From the IMG/VR virus record IMGVR_UViG_3300003322_000571, positions 62,001-126,000 of that record: a stretch of DNA of 64,000 nt, one strand, 5' to 3'. The notes below the pieces were generated by a model that did not search any database, was not told the origin of the DNA, and saw nothing but the letters and a program-made list of their open reading frames with translations. This document shows, one piece after another, positions 6,646 through 15,956 of this stretch. Position 1 is the first letter of the stretch; each line of letters starts with the position of its first letter. Both the position numbers and the translations under genes were made by a program.

Positions 6646-7790
6646 GCAAATTTGCTGTTGAAGTCGTCCGTATCCGCGCAATCGAACCGATCACCGGAGC
6701 TGACGCAATTGAACTCGCTGTTGTTGGTGGCTACCGTTCTGTCGTTAAGAAGGGTGACTACAAAGTCGGCGATCTCGCCGTGTACATTCCTGAACAAGCA
6801 ATCGTCCCTGATTGGTTGCTCGAAAGGATGAATCTCACTGGTCGTCTTGCTGGGACGAATAAGAACCGCGTAAAAGCAATCAAGCTTCGCGGTTGTCTGT
6901 CACAAGGTTTGCTGATTCCCGTCAAGCATGTTGCAGCTTCCGGTGCGAACTACATTCAGAATGATGTAAGTCTGATTCCTGTTAAGGAAGGCGATGACGT
7001 TGCTGATTTCCTTGGTATCGTTAAGCATGAAGTGCCGATCCCCGCACACCTTGCTGGTGAAGTGTACAACGCAGGTAGCCACTTGACTGTTCCGTACGAT
7101 ATCGAGAACTACAAGAAGTTCGTCGATGTGTTTGAAGATGGTGAAGAAGTCGTGTTCACCGAAAAACTGCATGGCACATTCACCGGTATCGGTATTCTGC
7201 CGCGTGGTGATTGGGAGGAAAAGCACTTCCTCAGCCGTTTCGTTATCTTCAGCAAGGGACTTGGTGCACGAGGTCTGTGCTTCAAGGATTGCGATAACAA
7301 CGCAGACAATCTGTACGTTCGCACGCTGATGGAGTCCGACATCTTCTCTCGTCTGTCTGACCTGATGGAGGAGATGGAAGAAGAGCACGGCTTTGATCGT
7401 CCTTTGTTCCTGCTCGGAGAAACGTTCGGTGCAGGTGTACAAGACTTGCAGTACGGTAACCTGCCGGCTTCGTTCCGCCTGTTTGACGTATGCGTTGGCT
7501 ACCGCGGTGATCAGTTCTTCTTCGACTACGAAGGTCGTGTCCGCCTCGCGAACCATCTTGAAATTCCGATGGTTCCGATTCTGTACAAGGGTCCGTTCAG
7601 CCAAGCGGTGCTCGATCAGTACACGAATGGCAAGGAAACGGTTTCTGGTAAGGAATCACACATCCGCGAAGGTGTTGTGATCACTCCTGTCGTTGAACGT
7701 GAACATCCTGAACTCGGCCGTGTGATCTTGAAGTCTGTCTCTGCAGACTACCTGCTTCGCAAGAATGAAAACGCAACGGAGTACAACTGA
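6642..7790 (+). CDS. RNA ligase, DRB0094/Rnl5 family
   Basis: N-terminal IEPITGADAIE module; motif I TEKLHGT, GETFG, FDV, EGVV, LKSVSADYL. Confidence 0.92.
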   Translation: MSKFAVEVVRIRAIEPITGADAIELAVVGGYRSVVKKGDYKVGDLAVYIPEQAIVPDWLLERMNLTGRLAGTNKNRVKAIKLRGCLSQGLLIPVKHVAASGANYIQNDVSLIPVKEGDDVADFLGIVKHEVPIPAHLAGEVYNAGSHLTVPYDIENYKKFVDVFEDGEEVVFTEKLHGTFTGIGILPRGDWEEKHFLSRFVIFSKGLGARGLCFKDCDNNADNLYVRTLMESDIFSRLSDLMEEMEEEHGFDRPLFLLGETFGAGVQDLQYGNLPASFRLFDVCVGYRGDQFFFDYEGRVRLANHLEIPMVPILYKGPFSQAVLDQYTNGKETVSGKESHIREGVVITPVVEREHPELGRVILKSVSADYLLRKNENATEYN

Positions 7791-7969
7791 TGAATAACGT
7801 CTTAGTAGGGTACGAGGGAAGTGCTGAAGTTGACATCAGCTACTTCTATTGCCCGTACATCCCAGGACAACCTATTCCTGTTGATGTGTGGGATCACCGT
7901 GCTGTTAAGAGGCCAACTGATATCCAGCGCCGGATCATGGAAGCGGTTCAACGTCCTCAACTGTATTGA
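7790..7969 (+). CDS. 59-aa protein carrying a gp23 major-capsid motif (not in track)
   Basis: MNNVLVGYEGSAEVDISYFYCPYIP...; start overlaps the ligase stop (TGATG). Confidence 0.7.
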   Translation: MNNVLVGYEGSAEVDISYFYCPYIPGQPIPVDVWDHRAVKRPTDIQRRIMEAVQRPQLY

Positions 7970-8035
7970 ACCCTAAAGTTGAATAAAACTTTCAGGTCAA
8001 ATACAGTTCACCAACTTTCAACATAGAGGTCATTT

Positions 8036-9133
8036 ATGAACCGTCTTCCTTTTGGTCAGCAACAGACCACAACGGCACAACCAGTTGACATGAGTGCGTT
8101 CATTCAAGTGAACCCGACTCCTGCTCAGCCGGTCGTCGTTCATCAACCGCAGACGCGTGCACTGACTGTGATCAGTGATAAAGACATCCAGAACTTCGGG
8201 ACGGCGTCGACGAATCGGATCTCTGCAACGTCGCAGAAGATTCTCGCTGGTACGAAGGCCTCTGCAGTCGATGACTTTGGCGACAAGCTGAATGAGCTCG
8301 TTGCTACGACAAAGAAGCTCGATCCTGCGGATATCGGCAAGCCTAGTCTGATCAAGAAGCTGTTCGGGATCGGCTCCAGCGTCAAGGATCAATTCCAAGC
8401 GCAGTATCAAACCGTTGAACAGCGGATGAATACGCTGATCGCGGAGATTGATTCGATGGCGAAGCTGATGGAGCAACGAATCGATGATCTCGAGACGATG
8501 TACAAGGAAAATGAGGATGCGTACAAGCAACTCAGCCAAGACATCGCTCAGATCAACAGTATCGTCGCGACGATGAAGGCTGATCTTGCAGCACAACCAA
8601 CGCCGACTGATCCGATCGAAGCGCAGCGTCTCAATGACTATCAGGAACTGATCGACCGGCTCGAAAAGCGTGCTGATGATCTCGAACGTGGAAAGCAGCT
8701 CGTCATCCTGTCGCTGCCGGAAATTCGGATTGAGCAGACGAACAAGCGCAATCTCGTTGCAAGTATCGCAACGCTGAAGAGCACGACGATTCCGGCTTAC
8801 CAAGGTCTGTTCTCGCGTTACATCCTGGCGATGGAAACGAAGAAGGGCAACCAGGTCGTCGCTGCTTTGCAGGATGCAACTGATGAAGCGTTCCGCAAGC
8901 AAGCTGACCTCGTTCGTCAGAATGCGGTTGACTCTGCGAAGGCTCAACAACGGTCTGTCGTGACGACGGAGACGCTGATTCACTGCCGTGATCAGATGCT
9001 TGCAACTCTCGACGACGTCAAGAAGATCAATGACGCTGGCCGTAAGGCACGTCAAGACGCTCGTCCGCAACTCGAACAACTGGAACAGTCGCTGATCGCA
9101 CGCGCTGCTCCGCAACAACTTTCTCACAACTGA
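8036..9133 (+). CDS. telA: toxic anion resistance protein (TelA/KlaB family)
   Basis: Coiled-coil protein with IQNFG, LIKKLFG, QYQTV, RLEKRADDL, LPEIRIEQ..N..L...I, TIP. Confidence 0.85.
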   Translation: MNRLPFGQQQTTTAQPVDMSAFIQVNPTPAQPVVVHQPQTRALTVISDKDIQNFGTASTNRISATSQKILAGTKASAVDDFGDKLNELVATTKKLDPADIGKPSLIKKLFGIGSSVKDQFQAQYQTVEQRMNTLIAEIDSMAKLMEQRIDDLETMYKENEDAYKQLSQDIAQINSIVATMKADLAAQPTPTDPIEAQRLNDYQELIDRLEKRADDLERGKQLVILSLPEIRIEQTNKRNLVASIATLKSTTIPAYQGLFSRYILAMETKKGNQVVAALQDATDEAFRKQADLVRQNAVDSAKAQQRSVVTTETLIHCRDQMLATLDDVKKINDAGRKARQDARPQLEQLEQSLIARAAPQQLSHN

Positions 9134-9149
9134 ACGTAGGAGTTCAAAA

Positions 9150-9887
9150 ATGGCTGGTATCAATCTGCAAAAACGCGCCGAAGCTGTCGGCATCGTCCTG
9201 GCAAAGCGTGGCATCACGAAGGTGCCCCCGGTTCGTGTCGGCATGGCACTGGACGTTTCTGGCTCTGCACAAACGTTCTATACGAGCGGCGTGATGCAAG
9301 AAACGATCGACCGTCTGCTCGGCGTTGCGCTGAAGTTCGACGACAACGGTGAACTCGACTCGTGGCTGTTCCACAACGACGTTCTCCCTCAACTGCCGAC
9401 GCTGACGGAAAGCGATGAAGGTACGTACGTCAAGAACGTCGTCCTCAAGCAACGCGGTCTGTGGGGTGGTACGTCGTACGCTCCTCCGCTGAAGGCTGCG
9501 ATGAGCTACTACTTCCAAGGTCCTGCTCCCGCCCCTGCTGCGAAGTCGGGTGGTCTGTTCGGCCTGTTCAAGAAGGAAGCTGCGCCCGCACCGGCTCCCG
9601 CTACCAAGCAAGACCCGGCAATGCTGCTGTTCGTCACCGACGGTGCGAACGGTGACCGCGCTGAAGCTGCTCAAGTGCTCCGCGAAGCTGCGAAGAGCTC
9701 GCCGGTGTACTTCCAAATGGTCGGTATCGGCCGTGCATCCGAGTTCGACTTCATCCGTCAAATGGCTGACGAGCTGCCGAACGTCGGGTTCGTCAACCTC
9801 AGCACGCTCAGCATGACCGATGAACAGCTGTACGAACAGCTGATCAATCCGGAATTCTGTGAGTGGATCAAGACGCTCAAGGCGTAA
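9150..9887 (+). CDS. vWA domain protein, TerF-C-terminus type
   Basis: ALDVSGS, FDDNGELDSWLF, GGTSYAP, FVTDG, YFQMVGIG. Confidence 0.88.
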   Translation: MAGINLQKRAEAVGIVLAKRGITKVPPVRVGMALDVSGSAQTFYTSGVMQETIDRLLGVALKFDDNGELDSWLFHNDVLPQLPTLTESDEGTYVKNVVLKQRGLWGGTSYAPPLKAAMSYYFQGPAPAPAAKSGGLFGLFKKEAAPAPAPATKQDPAMLLFVTDGANGDRAEAAQVLREAAKSSPVYFQMVGIGRASEFDFIRQMADELPNVGFVNLSTLSMTDEQLYEQLINPEFCEWIKTLKA

Positions 9888-9901
9888 TTCAACGACCGAC
9901 A

Positions 9902-9931
9902 AAAAGGGAGGCTCGACCTCCCTTTTCTTTT
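9902..9931 (+). terminator. intrinsic terminator
   Basis: AAAAGGGAGG-CTCGA-CCTCCCTTTT-CTTTT. Confidence 0.8.
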
Positions 9932-9944
9932 CTTAAGGACACAG

Positions 9945-11222
9945 ATGGACACTCAACTATTCATTCCAGAAAAGCTGAAAGTTGGCTACCAAAAGCGTGA
10001 AGGTACGTATACGAGTAAACTAGCGTACGTGATCTACTACGACGCTAAGGGAAAGCTACGTAAGGAAACGTCGTGGCAGGGTTGGAGAAGCAAGGACATC
10101 GAACCTGATGACTTCGAAAACATCCCAACGACAGGGTTCATGATCAACAAGGGAATCACTCGCGGTGGTTATGATTGGTACTCTGATACCGTGACGAAAG
10201 TCCGTATCTGGGATCCGCGCGACTTTGAGATTGAGATCACGCTCGCCAACCTGATCGCGATCCTGATGCATAGTGATGTCTCTAAGCGAGATATCAACGT
10301 TCCTTGTGTGTATGCGTGGCACGGTTCTGACCTCGTTCTTCTTCCGACGAATACAGAAGAATACGAACTGTCGGCGAAGCATACTGCAAAGCAATCGCTC
10401 AAGTTTAGTTCGAAGGAACTAAAGATTGGCGCTACGTACAACATCAAGAAGGACAGCTCACAAGTTGTTTACCTCGGCTACTACGACCATTATGTTCCCG
10501 TTGATAAGTCAGGGGTTAAGGTCAAGCGCTGGTACAGCGTAGATGGATTGATCAAGCAAGGGATCAGCGGCAAGAAGCATGTATTCTACAATCTCACTGA
10601 CGATACGTTCAATTATTCAGCGCCATCTGCATTGATTGCAACGGTTGCGGATCTTGAGATTCATCCTCAGTATGCTGAACTACTAGACAAGTACTATGCA
10701 CAGTTTGAATCGCAGTTGATTGGCGGCTTGTATCTAAAGCCAAAGAATCCTCCTCCTTCTAGTCTACCGAATTACTATTACTACAGGTTCCCCACTTGGG
10801 TAAAGGTGTCTGATACGGTGTATGTCGACATTCAACTGAATGTTAACGTCGAACGTCCATATCATTATCACTGGAATGATCCAGTCAAACGGAACAAGGA
10901 TATGAGGATCGTCATTGATACAAAAATCAAGAACATTTGTGTCTATGACGAGGATACCAACTCTGTTAAGCTCAAGCCGGAATACTGGTCAGCATTCCCA
11001 ATCAGTTTCAACGATCCACAAATCACCGCTGTTGTGCAGCCGATCTTTGACATGTGGAGGCAGTTAGTCCAAGCGGAGTTCGAACAAACCCACGACATCT
11101 CTTATAACCACGAGGAACATTACAAGAAGATTGAGGCACAATTCCAACACGTGTTGGGGGAACGTCCCGCTTTTGTGATGATCGACGGTAAGAAATGTGC
11201 TAATGGTCCCACCATCTACTAA
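9945..11222 (+). CDS. hypothetical protein, paralog 1
   Basis: N-terminal ~200 aa similar to the next gene (IPE..VG.Q.R.GTYT.KLAYVIY.D..GK.RKETSWQ.WR; RIWDPRDFE.EIT). Confidence 0.85.
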   Translation: MDTQLFIPEKLKVGYQKREGTYTSKLAYVIYYDAKGKLRKETSWQGWRSKDIEPDDFENIPTTGFMINKGITRGGYDWYSDTVTKVRIWDPRDFEIEITLANLIAILMHSDVSKRDINVPCVYAWHGSDLVLLPTNTEEYELSAKHTAKQSLKFSSKELKIGATYNIKKDSSQVVYLGYYDHYVPVDKSGVKVKRWYSVDGLIKQGISGKKHVFYNLTDDTFNYSAPSALIATVADLEIHPQYAELLDKYYAQFESQLIGGLYLKPKNPPPSSLPNYYYYRFPTWVKVSDTVYVDIQLNVNVERPYHYHWNDPVKRNKDMRIVIDTKIKNICVYDEDTNSVKLKPEYWSAFPISFNDPQITAVVQPIFDMWRQLVQAEFEQTHDISYNHEEHYKKIEAQFQHVLGERPAFVMIDGKKCANGPTIY

Positions 11223-11224
11223 TC

Positions 11225-12517
11225 ATGAGCTCTAAACTATACATCCCGGAAACGATCCTTGTTGGTTTTCAGAACCGCGCTGGAACGTACACAGGCAAAC
11301 TCGCCTACGTGATCTACAAGGATCATACTGGCAAGATCCGCAAGGAAACGTCCTGGCAGAACTGGCGTGACCATGACATCGACACCCTCGAGCTCAAGAA
11401 TACTCCACAGAGCGGCTTTACGTTCAACAAGGGTGTTCAGCGAGATAACCGGTGGGCTGGTTCCGGTCGTTCGATGTTCCGTATCTGGGATCCGCGCGAC
11501 TTCGAGTTCGAGATTACCGTTGACAACACGATTGCTATTCTAACGCATAGTGACGTGTCTAAGCGTGACATCACAGAACCATGTGTGTTCGCTTGGGACG
11601 GTACTGAACTGATCCTGCTGCCGATCAATTCTGAAGAATACCAGTCGTCACTTGTCCATACAGCACGTCAAGCAAAGAACGTTGAGACTAAAGACCTTGT
11701 TGTCGGTCATTCGTACATGGCGAAGAAAGAAGGCGTAGCCGTCGTCTACATGGGCCGTCATGACGTGTACGAATGGAAGCAATCGTACAGCGGACATAAT
11801 GCTGGATACAATTACGGCCATACGTCAACTGGCATGGTTAAGAAGAAGGCGAAAGCTCATACGTTCTACGTTCCTCCGTACGAAGAAACGACAAAATCGG
11901 GTTATGTGATCAAGCACGCTGCAGAGTTTGTAACGAAAGCAGACCCGAAGGCATATCTGTCTGAGTGCGTTCAAGCAGAAGTGCATGAAGACTATCCGAC
12001 GCTGATTGAACAGTTTTACGGACAAGGAACTCATCAAAAGATGAGCGGGTTGACGATTGAACCGTACGAAGACCGGATCTTTAAGAACAGCACAATCGGC
12101 GGTTGGCTGATGCTGTCTGATACAGAAGCAATTCGTATTCAGACGGATGCCAATGGCAATGTCAGGTGGCAAAAGTCAGCTGCATTCGACGGTAATGTCG
12201 TTCAACTGTCGCATGGTGAGGAAGTTGACAGGTATGCAAGTACGTACTACCATTACGGGAACAACCAGCGCGTTTACCCTCGTCGTGACCTTCCGGGATT
12301 GAGTGCTCAAGATGAACGTGTTGCAAGTATCATTGAGCAAATGATGCGCGACTTGCTTGACGGTGGGTTTGCTTTGTCAACCGACAATGTTGAAGAAAAT
12401 GTCAAGATTCGTCTTGCGAATGGTGAATTGCTCCGTCAAATGTGTCATAAATACAAGGTCGGGTACTTGAGGTCAGTAATGGCCGATGGTACTGTGGCAA
12501 CTAGCAAATCTTTCTAA
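11225..12517 (+). CDS. hypothetical protein, paralog 2
   Basis: Tandem paralog of 9945..11222. Confidence 0.85.
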   Translation: MSSKLYIPETILVGFQNRAGTYTGKLAYVIYKDHTGKIRKETSWQNWRDHDIDTLELKNTPQSGFTFNKGVQRDNRWAGSGRSMFRIWDPRDFEFEITVDNTIAILTHSDVSKRDITEPCVFAWDGTELILLPINSEEYQSSLVHTARQAKNVETKDLVVGHSYMAKKEGVAVVYMGRHDVYEWKQSYSGHNAGYNYGHTSTGMVKKKAKAHTFYVPPYEETTKSGYVIKHAAEFVTKADPKAYLSECVQAEVHEDYPTLIEQFYGQGTHQKMSGLTIEPYEDRIFKNSTIGGWLMLSDTEAIRIQTDANGNVRWQKSAAFDGNVVQLSHGEEVDRYASTYYHYGNNQRVYPRRDLPGLSAQDERVASIIEQMMRDLLDGGFALSTDNVEENVKIRLANGELLRQMCHKYKVGYLRSVMADGTVATSKSF

Positions 12518-12547
12518 CATTTCTTAGACTTACACAAGGACTTTATT

Positions 12548-12979
12548 ATGACAACTCTAGACGAACAAATCCGCGGCATGTTTGCCAAGCTGAATGACCG
12601 CAAGGCAAAGCTCGAAACACTGAAGCAGCAGTCTGCTCCGAAATGGAAGACGACTGGTACGTTCCGCCAGATTGGTGCAACGTCGGTGACGAGCATGCAG
12701 ACTGCATCGAAGGAAACGATCATCGAGATCGCTACTCAGGTCGAACTGCTCGCAGGAGCACAAGAATCGGTTGCAAAGAAGCTCGGTACAGATGCTACCG
12801 CACTGATCCAAGGCTACAAGCTGGAAGATTGGTATCATGACTTCCAGAAGCGCCTGGCGACAATCAATCAACGCGATGAAGAGGCAGCGATTGCTGATCT
12901 CGAAAAGCGTCTGAACAGCGTTCTCTCGCCTGAAGAACGTCGCCGTATCGAAGTTGAACTCCTGCTCAAGGAAGTTTGA
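12548..12979 (+). CDS. coiled-coil hypothetical protein
   Basis: AAGGA SD; terminator follows at 13002-13030. Confidence 0.8.
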   Translation: MTTLDEQIRGMFAKLNDRKAKLETLKQQSAPKWKTTGTFRQIGATSVTSMQTASKETIIEIATQVELLAGAQESVAKKLGTDATALIQGYKLEDWYHDFQKRLATINQRDEEAAIADLEKRLNSVLSPEERRRIEVELLLKEV

Positions 12980-13041
12980 TAGACAATTAGTAGTACAAAC
13001 CAAAACGACCTTCGGGTCGTTTTCCTTTTTGGAGATTTGTT

Positions 13042-13374
13042 ATGGGGTATACGTTATATCTGTTCTTGCAAGACTTGTTCCTGCACTTGTTCGCAATTGC
13101 CGTGGTTGTCGTCGGCACTGCATTTATGAGTTTACTCACCGGAGGGATCGCAGTGTGTTCCCTAGTTGTTGTTAAATTGCTTATCAACGGCTTTTGTGTG
13201 TTTATTCATCATCCATTTCGTTTCCCTCTAACGGATAATTGGACGGTCGGCGAGAAACGCGTGGCTACGATTGTTGGTGCTGTCTGCTTTGTGTATAGCT
13301 GCTTGTTTGTCGTTTACTCACCTGGGATGGAGCGGACTCGCTATATTTTGACAGGTCAACACTACCATGGATGA
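13042..13374 (+). CDS. membrane protein (~3 TM)
   Basis: GGAGA SD; hydrophobic segments. Confidence 0.65.
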   Translation: MGYTLYLFLQDLFLHLFAIAVVVVGTAFMSLLTGGIAVCSLVVVKLLINGFCVFIHHPFRFPLTDNWTVGEKRVATIVGAVCFVYSCLFVVYSPGMERTRYILTGQHYHG

Positions 13375-13597
13375 CTACTTGATCATGCTCGCTGAGCAGT
13401 ACCATCTTGATTGTGATAGGTACGATGCAACAGTGTGTTCAGGAATGTCAGAAGACGGTACACCAATGCCAATTGGTCCTTATGAACTTGGTCTCGTAAA
13501 TCAAAATGCAAGGCGTGTTATTCGACGTCTACAACATTTGACATTTGACCATGAAGGACTAATGAAAGCAATTAGTATCGTCGGTGCGAGACAGTAA
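13367..13597 (+). CDS. hypothetical protein
   Basis: Overlapping-start ORF. Confidence 0.6.
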   Translation: MDDYLIMLAEQYHLDCDRYDATVCSGMSEDGTPMPIGPYELGLVNQNARRVIRRLQHLTFDHEGLMKAISIVGARQ

Positions 13598-13637
13598 ACC
13601 ACCTGTTTTTTGAGATGAAGATTTCATGAAGAACCTG

Positions 13638-13666
13638 TTGATTTATATTGATGGGTTAATTAAGGT
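13638..13666 (+). promoter_or_regulatory. sigma70-like promoter
   Basis: TTGATT-N17-TAAGGT upstream of the DUF475 gene. Confidence 0.55.
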
Positions 13667-13704
13667 GACGTGTCTTTCAACAACCAACTCTACGGAGTAA
13701 TTCA

Positions 13705-14727
13705 ATGTTCAAATATTACGGTAGTTCGTACATCTTCACCGCGATCGCGCTGGTGCTGTCCTACTTCCTGCTGGGAGGATGGGGTGCCGTCGTGATCGTC
13801 GGTGTTCTCGCAGTGATGGAGACGTCCTTGTCGTTTGACAATGCAGTCGTCAACGCGAGTGTGCTGAAGAACTGGGACGAGAAGTGGCGTCAGCGGTTCC
13901 TCGTGTGGGGTCTGCCGATCGCTGTGTTCGGCATGCGTCTCGTGTTCCCGCTGCTGATCGTCGCGATCACCGCAAGCCTCGGTCCGGTCGAAGCACTGAT
14001 GCTCGCGATCAATGAGCCGAAGCGTTACGAAGAAATCATGATGGCTGTCCATCACGAAGTCGCAGCGTTTGGTGGCATGTTCCTGCTGATGGTGTTCATC
14101 GACTTCTTCCTGCAAGAAGAGAAGGAACATCACTGGATTCCGTTCATCGAAGGCCCGCTGACCAAGCTCGGCCGTCTCGGCGTGGAAGTTGCACTCGCCC
14201 TTGGTGTTCTGCTGCTGACGACTCACTTCATCGGTGCGGAAGAACAGCTGGCTTTCCTGACTGCTGGTATCTACGGTCTGATCACGTACCTCATCGCACA
14301 AGCCGTTGGTACTCTGGCGGGCGGTGAAGAAGGTGCTGACGAAATGGCAGGCAACATCATCAAGCAAGGTGTTGGTGGCTTCATCTACCTGGAACTGCTT
14401 GACGCTTCGTTCAGCTTCGATGGTGTGATCGCTGCGTTCGCTCTGACCAACAACATCTTCGTGATGATGCTCGGCCTGGCCGTCGGTGCGATGTTCGTTC
14501 GTTCGATGACTTTGCACCTTGTTGATAAAAACGTGCCGTCCAAGTACCGCTTCCTCGAGCATGGTGCATTCTGGGCCATCGGTCTGCTCGCTGCTTTCAT
14601 GTTCGTTGGTGCAACCGGTCACGAACTGCCGGAATGGATCGTTGGTCTGACTGGTGCTGCTGTGATCGTGATCGCCCTGATCAGCTCGATCCGTGCGAAC
14701 AAGAAGGACGCTGAAGTGACCAAGTAA
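13705..14727 (+). CDS. DUF475 / TerC-like integral membrane protein
   Basis: ETSLSFDNAVVNA, FGMRLVFP, YLELLDASFSFDGVI.AFA, LEHGAFWAIG. Confidence 0.9.
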   Translation: MFKYYGSSYIFTAIALVLSYFLLGGWGAVVIVGVLAVMETSLSFDNAVVNASVLKNWDEKWRQRFLVWGLPIAVFGMRLVFPLLIVAITASLGPVEALMLAINEPKRYEEIMMAVHHEVAAFGGMFLLMVFIDFFLQEEKEHHWIPFIEGPLTKLGRLGVEVALALGVLLLTTHFIGAEEQLAFLTAGIYGLITYLIAQAVGTLAGGEEGADEMAGNIIKQGVGGFIYLELLDASFSFDGVIAAFALTNNIFVMMLGLAVGAMFVRSMTLHLVDKNVPSKYRFLEHGAFWAIGLLAAFMFVGATGHELPEWIVGLTGAAVIVIALISSIRANKKDAEVTK

Positions 14728-14808
14728 GTTACCTGAAAAGGTAGTTGACTTACCACATAGGGTAGAAGATGATTCTTCTACCCTATTTTTCATTTGCAGA
14801 GAACAAAC

Positions 14809-15240
14809 ATGAGCGAAGCCAGTGTTACTCCGTGGGTGCCGAACATGGATGATTACGTCGACCGTTGGCTGGTGCAAAACGCCAGCAACGTGATCTACCT
14901 CATTGAGGCAACCTCGTTCGAAATCAGCACTCTGTACACCCGCTACAAGGACACGTGGAAGGATGTGACACACGGTGGCCCGATGGTGACGGTAGGTCAC
15001 ATCAATGGCCGTCCGATCGTCGTCATGATGACGATCCACAACATCGAAGGCAGCGACTTCCTGTTCTACGAAGCAACCAGTCAACTTGTCGACTTCGTGA
15101 TGGTTGAAGATTGGTTCAAGACCAAATTCCCTCACCTGTTTGCACCGGACGACGTGCACCAACGGTGTGACGCCAACAACTTCCACAACGCAGCTCACAA
15201 GGCAATTCGCATTCGCGAGAAGGCAGGAGAGACGAAATGA
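14809..15240 (+). CDS. hypothetical protein
   Basis: ATG after GAGA; coupled to the HAD gene. Confidence 0.7.
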   Translation: MSEASVTPWVPNMDDYVDRWLVQNASNVIYLIEATSFEISTLYTRYKDTWKDVTHGGPMVTVGHINGRPIVVMMTIHNIEGSDFLFYEATSQLVDFVMVEDWFKTKFPHLFAPDDVHQRCDANNFHNAAHKAIRIREKAGETK

Positions 15241-15950
15241 TCAAGCATGTGTCATTCGATGTGTGGAACACGCTGATTGTTCCGAATCCGTACTACGCTC
15301 AAGCTCGCACACAACTGCTCGCTGAGCAGTTCAACTTGGAGCCGGAACGTGTCAAGCGCGTGTACACGTTCGTCAAACAGACGATTGATCGCAACGCTGA
15401 AGTTGCTGGTGCTGGTCCGACGACATACGAAGTGTTCGAAGCACTGATTCGTCGTCTTAACACCGAACGCAACGTTCAATGGGAACTGTATCACATTCAG
15501 GATTACAGCGTCCCCCTCCGCAATACGATGGAACGTCTGTTCATGATGTACCCTCCGCATGTGACCGAATCCGCTCGGATGGTGTTCGAGTTACTCCGTG
15601 ACATGGACATCTCGATCAGCATCGGCAGCAACTCGAACTTCATTTCCGGCCACGTCATGCATCCGTATCTCCAGAACGTTCTGGGACGGATTCGCGAGAT
15701 CAGCTACGGCGTGTACTCCGATCTCGAAGGAGCATCGAAACCGTCGTACGGTTTCTTCGAAACGATCCACCTGAAAGGCAACGGCCACGGTAAGGTCCAT
15801 GCAATCGGCAAGGATCAATATCTGCACGTTGGGGACAGTCAAGTATGTGATGTCGTCGGTGCGAAGATGTACGGATTCAACGCTGTACGTGTTACTGACC
15901 CCCACCTCCTGTATTCGACTGTCGCTCAGACCATCCACTCGCTCAAGTAA
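15237..15950 (+). CDS. HAD-superfamily phosphatase (Ter-associated)
   Basis: FDVWNTL, SNS, SKP, HVGDS..CDVVGA. Confidence 0.88.
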   Translation: MIKHVSFDVWNTLIVPNPYYAQARTQLLAEQFNLEPERVKRVYTFVKQTIDRNAEVAGAGPTTYEVFEALIRRLNTERNVQWELYHIQDYSVPLRNTMERLFMMYPPHVTESARMVFELLRDMDISISIGSNSNFISGHVMHPYLQNVLGRIREISYGVYSDLEGASKPSYGFFETIHLKGNGHGKVHAIGKDQYLHVGDSQVCDVVGAKMYGFNAVRVTDPHLLYSTVAQTIHSLK

Positions 15951-15956
15951 ACAATC

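Noticed and set aside
12447-12453. ATAAATA as a late promoter
   Set aside because: It lies inside a coding region (CHKYK) with no late-type gene downstream; may be chance.
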